DNA of 64,000 bases. Source: Eledone cirrhosa (lineage: Eukaryota). The position numbers were made by a program, and so were the translations under genes. This document shows positions 1 through 15,295 of this stretch, in pieces. The notes beneath the pieces are model-generated. The model was not told the DNA's origin. It saw nothing but the letters and a program-made list of their open reading frames with translations, and did no database searches. The stretch is from assembly GCA_964016885.1 (NCBI GenBank), contig OZ024761.1, positions 27,466,001 to 27,530,000 on the forward strand, written 5' to 3'. Numbering within the stretch: position 1 is the first letter of the stretch; each line of letters begins with the position of its first letter.

Positions 1-81
<81 letters not shown>

Positions 82-86
<5 letters not shown>

Positions 87-300
87 AACGAGTAGGACCC
101 CGACGGCTGAGCTCAAGCCGTTTCGACGGCTAATTCTGGACTAAATAAAAATTTTCATTTAGTCCAGAATTAGCCGTCGAAACGGCTTGAGCTCAGCCGT
201 CGGGGTCCTACTCGTTCCTATTACCCACTCTACTACCCTAAGTATTGAGTACTTTGGTGCGTTATGGTCCACCTGGTTCCTTACCACATTTCCTTCGTTC
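82..300 (+). mobile_element. Fold-back palindromic element, family A (hammerhead/Penelope pLTR-derived), full copy in (TA)n
   Basis: ~65-bp inverted arms (82-146 / 157-221) plus a unique ~80-bp tail, flanked by (TA)n. The right arm reads GAAAC-GGCT-TGAGCTC-AGCC-GTC-GGGGT (hammerhead stem III, GUC triplet, stem I 3' strand). Five related copies are in the window. Confidence 0.8.
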
Positions 301-336
301 TATATATATATATATATATATATATACTTACATATA

Positions 337-1221
337 CGAGGTGTGTCAGAAAAGTTCCAGGACTGATGTCACAAAAGATTTATTTCAAACCCAAACTTCA
401 CACTAAGAGTTTTCTCCTTCGAAGTAATCCCCCTGGAGTCTAATGCGCTTTTCCATCCTTTTCTGCCATGCTTGCATGCACTCTTGGAAGGATTCTTCCG
501 GGATCCTCCGCAGTTCCGTCGTCACGGCCTTTTTGATGTCGTCCACGTCTTCAAAATGGGTCCCCTCCGGGTCGATCTCGAAGATCCATGACTCATCACC
601 GGTGATGACTGTCCCTTGCAAGTCTGGTTTGGTTTCAAGACACTCGAGGATGTCCTGGCACACTTGCATGCGTCGACCCTTCTGGTCATCGTTCAGCAGT
701 TTTGGCACCATCTTCGCGCAGACTTTCCGCATGTCCAAATCTTCAGTTAGAATATTCCAGACGCTGTCCCGATTCATGCCCACTCATTTGCCATCAGTCG
801 AACAGTCAACCGACGATCGCTACGCACCATCTGCCTGACGCGCTCAACGTTGACCTCAGTCCTGGTTGTTGAGGGCCTTCCGCTCCTGGGGTCATCTTGC
901 ACCACTCAAAAACACGTGAGCGTGACATCGTCTCATCCCCATACACTTGCTGCAGCAATCCCAGTGCTTCTGACGGAGTTTTTCCCAACCATACCAGAAA
1001 CTTCAAGTTTGTTCGTTGCTCTGTGCTCATTGCTTGACGACCTGAAACAGAGGACATGTATATACAATTATGAAGAAAAAAGTTTGATCGCTGCAGAGAG
1101 CTAAGATTACAGTTACATACTCCAGGGGGATGACTTTGAAGGAGAAAACTCTTAGTGTGAAGTTTGGGTTGGAAATAAATCTTTTGTGACATCAGTCCTG
1201 GAACTTTTCTGACACACCTCC
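337..1221 (-). mobile_element. Tc1/mariner (mariner-type) DNA transposon, internally deleted, non-autonomous
   Basis: TA on both sides (335-336, 1222-1223). Inverted repeats 337-439 / 1119-1221 start CGAGGTGTGTCAGAAAAGTTCC. Transposase remnants inside. Confidence 0.95.
403..1030 (-). pseudogene. Mariner transposase pseudogene
   Basis: N-terminal HTH MSTEQRTNLKFLVWLGKTPSEA...SRSRVFEW, then DDPRSGRP, RKVCAKMVPKLL (WVPHEL-like), ITGDESW (first catalytic D) and C-terminal QGDYFEG. It is frameshifted, and the D34D/YSPDLAP region is deleted between DPE and GTHF. Confidence 0.92.
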
Positions 1222-1238
1222 TATATATATACAGTACT

Positions 1239-1606
<368 letters not shown>

Positions 1607-1810
1607 CGTATATATATGTGTGTGTGTATGTCTCATTATATGAGTGGGTATATAAATTATGACTGCCCCGTAACAACACTTATAATTATGTAACATTAAT
1701 GAAGGTTAGCTAGTCTATTGTACCCGCTTGGATGAGTTATACGTATAACCTATTCTCAACTGTATATAACTGTATATATATATATAGTTTATACATACAT
1801 GCGTATATAC

Positions 1811-1870
<60 letters not shown>

Positions 1871-1893
1871 ACAGACACATTTATATATTTCTC

Positions 1894-1970
<77 letters not shown>

Positions 1971-2030
1971 ATACATATGTATATATTTATATGTATATAT
2001 ATCTACATATCTATCTAGCTATATATGATT

Positions 2031-2177
<147 letters not shown>

Positions 2178-2684
2178 ACATATCTATCTAGCTATATATG
2201 ATTATATATATATACCTACATACCAGCACGCATCTCTTGCTCACCCGCTACACCCTCCCACTCTCCTTTCTCAGTCCTTGTACCTACCTCTCTCTATCCC
2301 TCTCTCTTTGCTTCTATCTTTCTCCCCCTCCCCCTCTCTCTCTCTCTCTCTAATCATATTGGCGCAAATAAGCGTGTAATTAACTTTAATTACTCTACAA
2401 ATTTTTCCAACTCGCCAGTTGGTAACCCGTCACTTTTCTTCCACTTCACAAGTTCTGAATGTGTCTGTGTGTACCTGTACCTCTGTGTGTGTTTGTGTCT
2501 GTGTGTGTGTGCATGTGTGTATGTGTCTGTGTGTACCTGTACCTCTGTGTGTGTTTGTGTCTGTGTGTGTGCATGTGTGTATGTGTGTGTGTGTATGTGT
2601 GTGTGTGTGTGTTCAAATAAATTTCCGTCTTTCAATAGAGATATGGCGAGTTTAAGAGATTGTTGATTCACACAGACACATACA

Positions 2685-2809
<125 letters not shown>

Positions 2810-2930
2810 CAACACACATATACACACATGTAGTTATATACAAATAGTTATAGTTATAGATGATATATTCAGATAGATATATTGCCTACACCCGTACATA
2901 CACACAGACACACACACTACACACATATGT

Positions 2931-2995
<65 letters not shown>

Positions 2996-3115
2996 TATCT
3001 GTTTGTGTGTATATATATATGTTTATATATATATATATATATATATATTCATTAAACGTACCTACACGAATGTATACATAACTGGATACTTGTAAAGTGG
3101 AAGGAAACTGAAGGG

Positions 3116-3190
<75 letters not shown>

Positions 3191-3211
3191 ATATTTTATA
3201 TATATATATGC

Positions 3212-3267
<56 letters not shown>

Positions 3268-3389
3268 ATATATAGATATATAGATATATGTATGTATATA
3301 TATAGATATATAGATATATATATAATATATACTCACACACACTCACACACACATATATATATATATACGTACCTTCACATTTACAGACA

Positions 3390-4005
3390 CACCTCCACCA
3401 CAACCACCACGACCGTTATATGCCTACCACAACCGTACCCACTCCCGTCTAAACCACCACCACCACCACCACCATCACCAGCCAACACCACCACCACCAC
3501 CACCAACGCCACCAACATCACCAGCCAACACCACCAACACCAGCCAATACCACCACCACCACCAACGCCACCACCACAACCACCACCAACACCACCACCA
3601 CCAACGCCACCACCACAACCACCACCAACACCACCACTACCAACACCAGCCAACACCACCACCACCACCAACGCCACCAACATCACCACCATCACCACGA
3701 CGACGACCACCACGACCACCACCGCCGCCACCACCACCACCACCGCCACCACCGCCTCCACCACCGCCTCCACCACCACCACCACCACCACTACCGCCGC
3801 CTCCGCCACCACCCCCGCCTCCGCCACCACCGCCTCCGCCTTCACCACCACCACCACCACCGCCACCACCACCGCCTCCACCACCGCCTCCACCACCACC
3901 ACCACCACCACCACCACCGCCGCCTCCGCCACAACCACCGCCTCCGCCACCACCACCGCCTCCGCCTTCACCACCACCACCACCACCACCACCACCACCA
4001 CCACC
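3390..4005. repeat. (CCA)n/(CCG)n compound triplet microsatellite
   Basis: Direct reading. Explains the poly-Thr/Pro/Gly ORFs. Confidence 0.9.
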
Positions 4006-4376
4006 GCAAAAACCCATCAACCCGCTCCCCGCTGTTTAATGAAACCCATCTATGCCAGCCTTGATAAAGACATTGGTAATTTTGGCAACCGTTTGGAACA
4101 ACATCAAACTGAATGCTTCATCTAGTAATTAATCTATGACCCTCCCATAGTTTCTGTATACAACTTTTAAATTAAATACTTGCTATACACTCATTACTGT
4201 TATTCTTGTTGTCATTGCTGTCGTTGTCGTCGTCATCGTTTTCATCGTCGTCGTTGTCGTGCTTGTCGTTTTGGTTGTTGTTGTCGTTGTTGTTGTCGTT
4301 GTTGTTGTCGTCCCTTTCCTCGTCATCATATCATTAGTTTTAGTCGCCGCCGATGTAGTAGTAGTAGTAGTAGTAG

Positions 4377-4422
<46 letters not shown>

Positions 4423-4511
4423 CTCTTCCTTTGTCGACGATTTATGGTGGTGAATCTAATATATATATATATGGATATATAAATGCATTTTTATATATAT
4501 GGATATATAAA

Positions 4512-4589
<78 letters not shown>

Positions 4590-4952
4590 CATACATACAC
4601 ACACATATATATATATATATATTATATATGTATGTAATTTGTCCAAATATATACGCCTACATACATATAGACATTCACACGCGGGCACACATATATACAT
4701 ACATACATACATATATACATTCATACGTATATACATTCATACATACACATATTTAATTTACATACACACATATGTTTCTGAACATTTGTTTATGTAAAAC
4801 ATACATGGAATGTATATATAATATATATATATAGTGTAGCAACAAGGCGGTGCGCCAGCATGGTCTCAGCCATTCGGCTGGAAAAGGTGAAAGCGTATAT
4901 ATATATTTATATATATATATATATATAAGTATGTATGTGTGTGTGTGTACAC

Positions 4953-4984
<32 letters not shown>

Positions 4985-5278
4985 ACACATATATATATGT
5001 GTGTGTGTGTGTCTGTATCTGTGTACACGCTCACATCTTAGATTATTATAATTCATATGAAGCATCTTGAAAGAGAGTTAAAAGTGTTTTAGTAAATCAG
5101 TACAATGGCGGTTATAAATACAGGAATGAGAACAAAAGGAAAACAATAACGGTTTACGTTTTTCATTTTATATTTCAATATTCTGTCTTAACCCTTCATC
5201 AAAAGAAAATGGAGACATAACTTTGCTCTGATCTGTACAGGCATATGGGGATTGGTGGCTTTCTTCTGTGAGATGTGA

Positions 5279-5510
5279 CTAGCTGGGTAAGTTTGATATT
5301 AGGCAACTATTGTCATGAAACTCTTGTCTGTTGTTGATTGAGGCATTTAGTTTATTTACAAGTATGGCTGCCTTAATGCTAAAGTTTCCGATAGTCGTTC
5401 TTTGACATTGGTGACTATGATAACTCCCCAGATATTCCCTAGCATTTGTATGAATGTGTTCTTTGTCAGGGATGAGCATAGATCTTCCCTCATAAGAAGT
5501 ATCTTAGTGG
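5279..5510 (-). pseudogene. Probable Penelope-like GIY-YIG endonuclease C-terminal remnant
   Basis: Frameshifted minus-strand reading ...NDYRKL-SIKAAILVNKLNASINNRQEF resembles the (R/K)xIKEAxxIxKLxPxLN ending of PLE GIY-YIG domains. Recognition by eye only. Confidence 0.45.
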
Positions 5511-5514
5511 CCAG

Positions 5515-5705
5515 CCGGAGGTGTGAGCCTCACGAGGTGGAATGGCTCATCCTTCGGGCAAACGTCTTCTCAATTCTGTCCGCCGGGGCTGTAGGGCAGC
5601 GAGCACGTGGAACCCCATTTGCTCATAATACAGAGAGATAGGAAAGGCGAGAGAGATGGAGGCGATGACAGTGGGAGTTCGGCTCTTTCGTGTTCGGACA
5701 CATTG
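5515..5705 (+). mobile_element. CRE-like non-LTR retrotransposon 3' fragment (single 3' unit)
   Basis: EPHEVEWL-ILRANVFSILSAG, homologous to 44670-44880, followed by the same 3' UTR GAGATGGAGGCGATGACAGTGGGAGTTCGGCTC. Confidence 0.75.
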
Positions 5706-5869
5706 GTAAGCACTTGGAATTTGGTTTGTTTCTGATTGCCCATATATTATGTGCCTCAAACAGTTCGTAGTGTTATTACTACTGTTGCTTGTTTCCCAGA
5801 CGACATCAACTCAAAACTCCCCTTGCTGCAAGTCAGCCACTCAGTATCTTACTTGTTACATGCTATATA

Positions 5870-6012
5870 GCATATGGCGAATTGGCAGAGTCGCTAGAAA
5901 GCCTTGTGGTATTTGTGTGTCGGCTCTTTTCAGATCCTACCGAGGTCAACTTTGCTTTTGATCCATTCAAGATCGATAAAAGAGTACCAGTGTAGTACAG
6001 GGTTCGATTCTT
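5870..6012 (+). mobile_element. Degenerate tRNA-derived SINE
   Basis: CCGAGGTCAACTTTGCTTTTGATCC...TCGATAAAAGAGTACCAGT matches the core of the SINE at 15833. Confidence 0.6.
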
Positions 6013-6577
6013 CGTCTATATCTCTATCTTGCTTTCTTTCATTCACTCATTTTATCCTTCCCTGGAAGAAATCTGCTGTATTCAGACCTGCAGATTAGGC
6101 AGGCTCTGCCAAGCTTTAAAATGCCTAGAAACGCTGTGTATGAATATGGCGTCCGTACGGCAAAATTAAGAAGAATGCAGTTTATAAGGTAAACCAGTAA
6201 ACTTAGTTGATATGATAGTTGGGCTCTTCTATGAGGACTAGTCTGTATACGTATTTTCCTTTAGCGGGTCGATTCCAAGATAAGTAATTTATTATCAGGG
6301 TAAATCCAAGAGGTATTAGCTGTATATTCAAACGTTAACACTCACACCTGCTCAGGTATTGTCGGATTCATGTGAAATATTGTCTCGTAATGGGTTTGTT
6401 AGGGGGCTTTACTGATAACGTCTTCAGTCCTAAGATGTAACCCACCAGTGACGAGATTTGGGGTCTCACACGTATGTAAATATGTACACTCATATTTATG
6501 TACATACACATACACACACTCGCTCACTTCTGACATACTTATGTCTTATATGTACACACACATACACACACGCACAT

Positions 6578-6691
<114 letters not shown>

Positions 6692-6740
6692 ATATATACA
6701 TATCTACATGTCCATACACACTCACTAACACATATTCATA

Positions 6741-6787
<47 letters not shown>

Positions 6788-6789
<2 letters not shown>

Positions 6790-6930
6790 TCTGGAGTCCA
6801 GAAATAGCCGTCGAAATGGCTTGAGCTCTGCGGTCGGGGTCTAACATTTTCCTATTACTCACTCTACTACCCTAAGTATTGAGTACTCTGGTGCGTTATG
6901 GTCCATCTGGTTCCTTACCACACCTCCTTC

Positions 6931-6933
<3 letters not shown>
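6788..6933 (+). mobile_element. Fold-back element family A, copy lacking most of the left arm
   Basis: Right arm plus tail, flanked by (TA)n. Confidence 0.75.
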
Positions 6934-6989
<56 letters not shown>

Positions 6990-8797
6990 TATAAATTAAA
7001 GTATAGAAATTGTTGTGAGCGTGAAGCCAACAGTATTTCATAATATATAAGTGACTATAACGTCAAAATAGACATACACTTATGTACATGTCTATCTACA
7101 CAAGCACTCTCTCTACACATATACACACACTTACACACACACATTCCTACACACGCCTTCTCGCTCTCTCTCACACTCTCTCACACATACTTACACACAC
7201 TTACACACACACACACACACACACACACAGAGACACCACATAAATCATGGTCTGTCTAACATAGACTGGAAAATCGGCAGAGATTTTAATGATCAGCGAT
7301 GTTTGATGGACTTTATGATTTTATTGTCAAATGATACAACTCAGATTAGATACAATTTTGGCTTCAGATTCAACATTATTGCCTCACTAGGCAGCATGAG
7401 TGTGTACACATGTGGATGTGTGTATGTACGTGTGTACGTGTGTACGTGTGTACGTCTGTACGTGTGTACGTGTTTGCGTGTCCTTGTGTGTGAATGTGGA
7501 TGTGTGTATGTACGTGTGTACGTGTGTACGTGTGTACATGTGTACGTGTTTGTGTGTCCTTGTGTGTGAATGTGTATGTGTGTATGTGTGTGTGTGTGTG
7601 TATGTCCTTGTGTGTGAATGTGGATGTGTGTATGTACGTGTGTACGTGTGTACGTGTTTGTGTGTGTATGTCCTTGTGTGTGAATGTGTATGTGTGTGAG
7701 TACGTGTGTATGTGTGTTTGTTTGTGTGTGTGTATGTGTGTGGTTGTCTGTGTGTATGTCCTTGTGTGTGAGTGTGTGAGTCTGTGTGTGTGTACCTGTG
7801 TGCCTCTATGTCCATGTCAGTGTATGTTGTGTATGTGTACGTGTGTGTATGTCCTTGTGTGTGAGTGTGTGTGTGTGTGTGTACCTGTGTTCCTCTATGT
7901 CCCTGTCAGTGTATGTTGTGTGTACGTGTGTGTGTGTGTTTGTTCTAGTGTGTGATTGTGTGTGTACCTGTGTGCCTTTATGTCCCTGTCAGTGTATGTG
8001 TGTACGTGTGTGCGTGTGTGTGTGTTTGTGTGTGTGTATGTCCTTGTGAGTGAGTGTGTGTGTGTGTGTGTGTACCTGTGTGCCTCTATGTCCCTGTCAG
8101 TATGTGTGTGTGTATATATATATATAAATATATATACATATATATATATATGAGAGAGAGACAGATCTGCGTGTGTGTGTGTGTTTGTGTGTGTGCTTGT
8201 CTTTATGTCTGCTCTCACGTACCACAACACAGCTCTTCTTCGACAAAAGAAAAAGAAAACAATATCGACAAACTAAGTACCAGACTTATCGAAGAGATAA
8301 GTAAGTGCCTTTGGTTGATATGATCGAGAAAATCAAAGCAGTGTCCCAGCATGGCCGCAGTCTAACGACTGATACCAGGATAAAAGAATGAAAGAATATA
8401 TATGAAAGAGATTAATGATATGAAATTGGCAAGTAGAAAAGGAAGCGAGAAAAAGTTTCGATTCTGCCAACACTTCCCTTCACAACACTGGCTATCCCAT
8501 CTTTACGTATTTCTCATATAATACACTCAACATACGTCGCCTCAATTTCAACATTAAAGTAATATTTCTGTGTATGTGATTCTCTTGTTTTACTCAGTGT
8601 AATATGTAAAATGAAGTCGCCATTTTTTTAATGTTATTCTTCATATATATATATATATATATATATATACTTGGGATTTCTAGTGTTGCATAGATGCATA
8701 GATTCAAAATTTACTTTTGTTTTTTCAATACACACGCATACACACAAACACATGCATATATATATACATATATACATACATGTATATTTATATATAT

Positions 8798-8829
<32 letters not shown>

Positions 8830-8856
8830 GTATACATTTATACATACATGTATATT

Positions 8857-8894
<38 letters not shown>

Positions 8895-8916
8895 CATTTA
8901 TAAATACATGTATATT

Positions 8917-8954
<38 letters not shown>

Positions 8955-8980
8955 CATATATACATACATGTATATGTATG

Positions 8981-9065
<85 letters not shown>

Positions 9066-9621
9066 CATATATTAAAATAGTAATAATCTGTTTTGATGAT
9101 CCAGTCCTTTTTCTGACAAAATGTAAAAAAAAAAAAAAATAAATAAATAAAATAAAATAAAATAAAATAAAGTAAAATAAAAAAAATACATAACATGAAA
9201 AACTGCCAACAATATGATATAACATAAAATTCCAACTTTTATAAAAAAACGTTTTTATTACAAAAAGAAATATCAAAAAAAAAAAAAAAATATTAACATT
9301 TTTATTATAGAACAAAAATGGGTTCATGAAAGTTATTGATGTCCTAGAGGAATTCTTGTAAAGTTTTATTGGCATTTTGAATATTTCACGCTTGCCAGTA
9401 CTGGACCTACCACCAAGGTTACCTAATCTATGTATGTATGTGTATGTACGTGTATGTGTGTATGTGTGTGTATGTTTGTGTGTGTTTGTATGAATGTATG
9501 TCTGTATGTATTTATGTACGTATGTATGCGTGTGTATATATATATATATACGAATATGTATAGATATATATATGTATATGATTTTATATATATGTATATA
9601 TATATATGTATATATAATATA

Positions 9622-9700
<79 letters not shown>

Positions 9701-9853
9701 TATATACATATATCTGTATGTACATATATATATATGGATATACGTCTATTTTTCCTACGCGCTGTAAATGTATTATATACGTTTATCATAAAAGCTCTTT
9801 ATCAAATACATATATATATATATGCATATATATATATATATGTATGTATATAT

Positions 9854-9986
<133 letters not shown>

Positions 9987-10148
9987 TACATATACATATG
10001 TATATATATAAATATATATATGCATACATATTAGTGTGAGAGAGAGTGGAATAGAGAGGGAGAAAGCGTGAGAACAAATAAATAGAAAGATGGGTAGCTA
10101 CCTAGATAGCTCTCTCTCTCTCTCTACACACACACACGTACGCACATG

Positions 10149-10184
<36 letters not shown>

Positions 10185-10469
10185 CATACATCACCGATTG
10201 ACACCTACAACATGGAAAGATCGATAGCTAAATAGATATAAATGTTTTATATTCTATTAATTCATTATTCTATGAATAGAATGATCAGGTTTCTAATTCC
10301 CATCGCATACCGAGGATCGATGGGAAGTTGCCTAAAGGAAGGTCGTATGTCTATATGATATTTTCACCATGTTCAGGGATTTGGAAAGATAACACTTGCT
10401 AAATTTATGGCGTCTCATGGCGTAAGAGACCGCCATGTCTACCTAACTATGCATGTACGTATGTATGTA

Positions 10470-11168
10470 CCTACCTACCTTCCCAAATACGTACGTATAT
10501 ATGTACCTACCTACCCTTCTACCTACCTACCTACCTACCTACCTACCTACCTACCTACCTACCTACCTACCTACCTACCTACCTACCTACCTACCTACCT
10601 ACCTACCTATCTACCTACCTACCTACCTACCTACCTACCTACCTATCTACTTACCTACCTACCTACCTACCTACCTACCTACCTACCTACCTACCTACCT
10701 ACCTACCTACCTACCTACCTACCTACCTACCTATCTACCTACCTACCTACCTACCTACCTACCTACCTACCTACCTACCCTTCTACCTACCTACCTACCT
10801 ATCTACCTACCTACCTACCTATCTACTTACCTACCTACCTACCTACCTACCTACCTACCTACCTACCTACCTACCTACCTACCTACCTACCTACCTACCT
10901 ACCTATCTACTTACCTACCTACCTACCTACCTACCTACCTACCTACCTACCTACCTACCTACCTACCTACCTACCTACCTACCTACCTATCTACCTTCAT
11001 ATCTACCTACCTATCTACTTACCTATCTACCTACCTACCTTCATATCTACCTACTTACTTATCTACCTACCTACCTACCTACCTACCTACCTACCTACCT
11101 ACCTACCTACCTACCTACCTACCTACCTACCTACCTACCTACCTACCTTCATATCTACCTACCTATCT
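10470..11168. repeat. (TACC)n/(TATC)n tetranucleotide microsatellite
   Basis: Direct reading. Abuts the 5' junction of the LINE. Confidence 0.95.
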
Positions 11169-13086
11169 GTTCGATAGGGTCGACCATGGTTACCTGGATG
11201 CGGTGCTAGCGGCGGCAGGCTTCGGACCCGTTTTCAGGGGCTGGATCACTGCTATGCACAGCAGCCGCATCTGCTCTAGGGTCAAGGTGAACGGCTACCT
11301 CTCGGAGCCGTTCAAAATCGCGCGGTCCATCCGACAAGGGTGCCCTTCTGTATGTGTTGACTCTCGAGCCACTACTGCGGAAGTTGGAGTTGTTGCAGGG
11401 CATCCCCTTGGAACCGGGATTGCGGAAAGTGGTGTCGGCCTACGCCGATGACGTGACAGTAATGGTGTCGACGGCCTCCGAAATCGAGGCGGTCGGCACC
11501 TTACTGGAGGAGTACGAAAAGTTCACAGGGGCTAAGCTGAACCGGGACAAGTCGATCGGTTTGCAACTCGGCACGTGGAGGGGCAGACCGATGCCCTCCG
11601 ATAGCGTCGTCGGACGCTGGACGGAGGGCCCGGTGAAGTTGCTCGGGGTCTGGTTCGGACCGGACCTCCAGGTGGAGAAAAACTGGGCGGAGGTTACGAA
11701 CAGGGTGTTTGCACTGACCCAGAAGTGGGCCAGTTGCAAACTATCCCTGAAAGGTCGGGCGGAGGTGGCGAACACCTACATAGCGCCCGTCATCTACTAC
11801 CGCCTGACCGTAGTGCCCTGCCCAAGGGAAACCCTCACCAAGATGGAGCGCGCGCTCTTCCAATTCCTTTGGAAGTGGCGGGCTCCTATGGTGAGGAGAT
11901 CCATCTGCTGTCAACACCCTTCGAAAGGAGGGCTGGGGATGCCGTGGCTAATGATGCATAAACACGCATTAAGGCTACGGCACCTCTACGTATTCCTCAC
12001 CGGACAACCGGTGTGGGCCTCGTTTGTGAGACGAACCTTTCCCAGACTCGTCTCACTCACCGAGCTGCAATCCTGGGTCAAGCAAAGACCGAGAAAACTG
12101 GGCGCCTGGCACATTGAGTGTGCCCAGGCGCTCACCGCCCTCTGGCAGGCGGATCCGGTTATCAGTGGAGACTCCACCGCAACATTCTATAGAGGGCTGG
12201 TACGCAGCAGGTGCGACGACGCCCTCGGAGAAGCCCTAGACATGGAGGAGGACGAACTGGCCAGCCTGTTCGGTAGGACATTCAGCCCGGGACCTATGGA
12301 CAACTTCCAGAAGTCCCTGGCCTGGCAGTGCTACCGAGGGGCTTTACCCGTTCGAGAAAGGCTCTACAGACACGGGCGCCCGGGTAGGGACCCCGCCAAA
12401 AAGATCTGTCCCAGATGCGTGTGCGACGAGGAAACCGTTGCACACGCATTGGTACACTGCTCGGGCGTAGCCGATCTGTGGGGCTATGTCGAACAACTGC
12501 TGTCAAGGGTGGGACCGATCCGGTTGACCACCGAGTCTATTGTAATGATCAAGCCGCCTCCCCCCTTCAAAGATGAAGCAGAGGCGGTGTTTCTGTGCGT
12601 AATAGCCATGGCGAAAGAGGTTGTATGGTGGACGCGTCTGAAAGGACTGAGGTCAGGCACCTTTCTCTCTGGCCAACAACTGGTCCGTTTCTTCCGATAT
12701 CATTTCGGAAGAAGGATCAGGATGGAGAGAGAGGTGCTGCACCCCAGCCGTTTCTATGAAAGATGGGTGAAAGTGGCGAGAATGGCCCGTGTGAATGGGC
12801 CTTCACTCTACATCAGACTATAGGTGAGGAAGATGAAAGACCAAGGGAGCACCCCTTCTCTGTGCTCCTGAGGAGAAGGGTTGCACACTTTTTTTGGGGG
12901 TGTGTGCGACCCCCCAAGGCGCCTCCTCTCTATTGAGGATTTTGTTAAAAATTTTATTTTTTGTTATATCTTATTTTATTTTTATATATTGTTATTGCCT
13001 CCTCCTTATTGAGGACGCCTTGTTTTGTAAACTCCCCCCATTGTACTTGTCCCACTTTTGATGCCCTGGTGGCAAATAAAAGAAAC
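11169..13086 (+). mobile_element. 5'-truncated L1-superfamily (Tx1-clade-like) LINE
   Basis: RT motifs FDRVDH, SIRQGCP and SAYADDVTV, then KLLGVWF, LSLKGRA and KGGLGMP, and a C-terminal CCHC knuckle CPRC...ETVAHALVHC. 3' UTR has AATAAA at 13075-13080 and an A-rich end. Confidence 0.93.
11170..12823 (+). pseudogene. LINE ORF2 reverse transcriptase (C-terminal part, frameshift near 11345-11354)
   Basis: ORF 11354..12823 (489 aa) plus the upstream frame carrying RT domains 3-4. Confidence 0.9.
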
Positions 13087-13192
13087 ATATCTATCTATAT
13101 GCCTGTCTATCGTTTTCCCCCATCGATTTCTCTCTCTAGGCAACTGTATACAAGTTTTATATATATATCAACTTTTCTTCCTGTCACTCTCG

Positions 13193-13237
<45 letters not shown>

Positions 13238-13256
13238 CGCATATACATACATACAT

Positions 13257-13295
<39 letters not shown>

Positions 13296-14263
13296 CACGC
13301 ACGCATACATACATACATTCATATATATATATACACATACACACACACACACACCCACACAGAGGCTCACACACACACACCCACACATAGACGCACACAC
13401 ACACATATATATGTTTATCAAATCCGATATATACTAGAATTTCTAGCAGAAATCCACTGAAAGTATGCTATTCAACACTAACAAACTTTGCTAACACATT
13501 ATCATCCGTTAATAATATCCAAATAATGAATAATTCTATTTTCCCCAACAAAAACAATATTAGGACCCCACAATACACCTGTAATTCTGAGAATGTATGC
13601 CAATTAAGCGGCACGTATCTAGAAAAATCAATTATCTATCTATCCACTTTCACATCTAACGTTAAGCAGAACGGAATAGATTCCATCGTTATGACAGCAA
13701 ATCAATTTAAGAAGAGATAAAGTCATCATAAATATACATTTAGAACACTACGAAGTAGATTAGGCACGAGTTTAGCGACACATATATTGGCTTTTGAAAA
13801 ATAATAACCTAACTTACAATGTCAGTTGGCACCTTTTAGACAAAGCATAGCCTTTTACACAATCCAATTCCTTCTGTAGGTTAAGTGCATTAGAAAAAGT
13901 ATTAATCTTAAAACACGATAAGAAAAGATTGAATAAACACACAAAGCTGATTTGTTCTTATCCACACAAAGTAAAATACCTTCTTAGGCTGTTATAATGA
14001 AATCACATTAATTGTATCCCGAAATATCACGAAATCCTGCAATAGCGATAATAAGTGACATTTTTAATTTTTAAAAATGTCTTCGTCTTTTTTAAAACAT
14101 CTTATAGATTACAATAAATTTGGAGTGACCTCTTCGTAATAATAACCTTCCTGACTTTCTCATATTAATCACATACAAGGAATATACATGAAATAGGTTT
14201 AATTTCCTCTCTATAGAAATAATTAATTAATATAAGACCAAGTTATACACGCAAGAATACTTA

Positions 14264-14464
14264 CGAGGGACGGCTGAAAAGTTCATAGACTGACTATGAA
14301 GGAGTGATGCGAACGCTGTGAAATCTTGCATGGATTAATTTTTTCAATTCTTCTTAATAATAATGGCATTGTTTCTTTCTAAGGATTGTGTTGAGAAATA
14401 AATCTCATGTCGTCATTCCATGAGAGTATCTTGGTCATCCTATGAACTTTTCAGCCAACCATCG
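14264..14464. mobile_element. Mariner-derived MITE
   Basis: TA flanks. TIRs CGAGGGACGGCTGAAAAGTTCATAG / CTATGAACTTTTCAGCCAACCATCG. Confidence 0.85.
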
Positions 14465-15074
14465 TACTCACTTATATACACAAACACACATATACATACA
14501 CAAATATACACATACATACATACATACACACATACATATTAACATACACATAGACATTCATTTAACACATTCATACATACATACATGCATACATACATAT
14601 ATACATACACATATACATACATACATACACATATATATGCATACATAAACGCACATACATGTAGACTCGCATACACATACATACATATACATACACACAT
14701 ATATACATAATATACATACATAAACACACATACATATAAACACACGTACACACACACACACATACATACATACATAAATACATACACATATACACACACA
14801 TACATACATACACACATGCATATACACATACACACATACATACATATACACACATACTTACATATATACATACATACATACATATTCGAGTCACGGCCGT
14901 TTTATCTAACAACCATTAACAAACTACATCTACTGTTGGAAGCATAACGATCAAATTATAACGGATATTATAAACCAATAAATAATATTTTATTTAATCG
15001 CATTCATGGAGTGAATTTAAAATTTCGAAACTATGTCAGCTTATATTAAGAAAATTAGTTTCAACGCAGGTTTC

Positions 15075-15295
15075 TGTTTTAGATTATAAGAAATAGTAGA
15101 AAAAGTTGGGCACATAAGCCCCAAGAGATGGAAAAAGGTCGACAGTGTCACCTATGGGAATTTAGTTCAACACCTGCCATATCTAGCAAATTGTGGCTAG
15201 TGAGTGTTCGATTGACACAAGTGTCTCAGTTCCAGTTTTGATCTCTTGGGGTTTATAAGCACACCTTGTTCCACTAATTTACATAGTCTATAAAA
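15075..15295. mobile_element. Diverged inverted-repeat element (MITE-like)
   Basis: Imperfect arms ...ATAAGCCCCAAGAGAT / ATCTCTTGGGGTTTAT... with similarity extending outward. Confidence 0.5.

Noticed and set aside
718-750. CTGAAGA...GAAAGTC on the minus strand
   Set aside because: Lies in mariner coding sequence and no stems form.
5160-5212. Decayed hammerhead downstream of the GIY-YIG-like remnant (TTGATGA...GAAATATA)
   Set aside because: Core mutated and stems unconvincing.
6130-6440. Possible ancient PLE RT fragment on the minus strand
   Set aside because: Only scattered short motif resemblances with many stops. Needs a translated HMM search.
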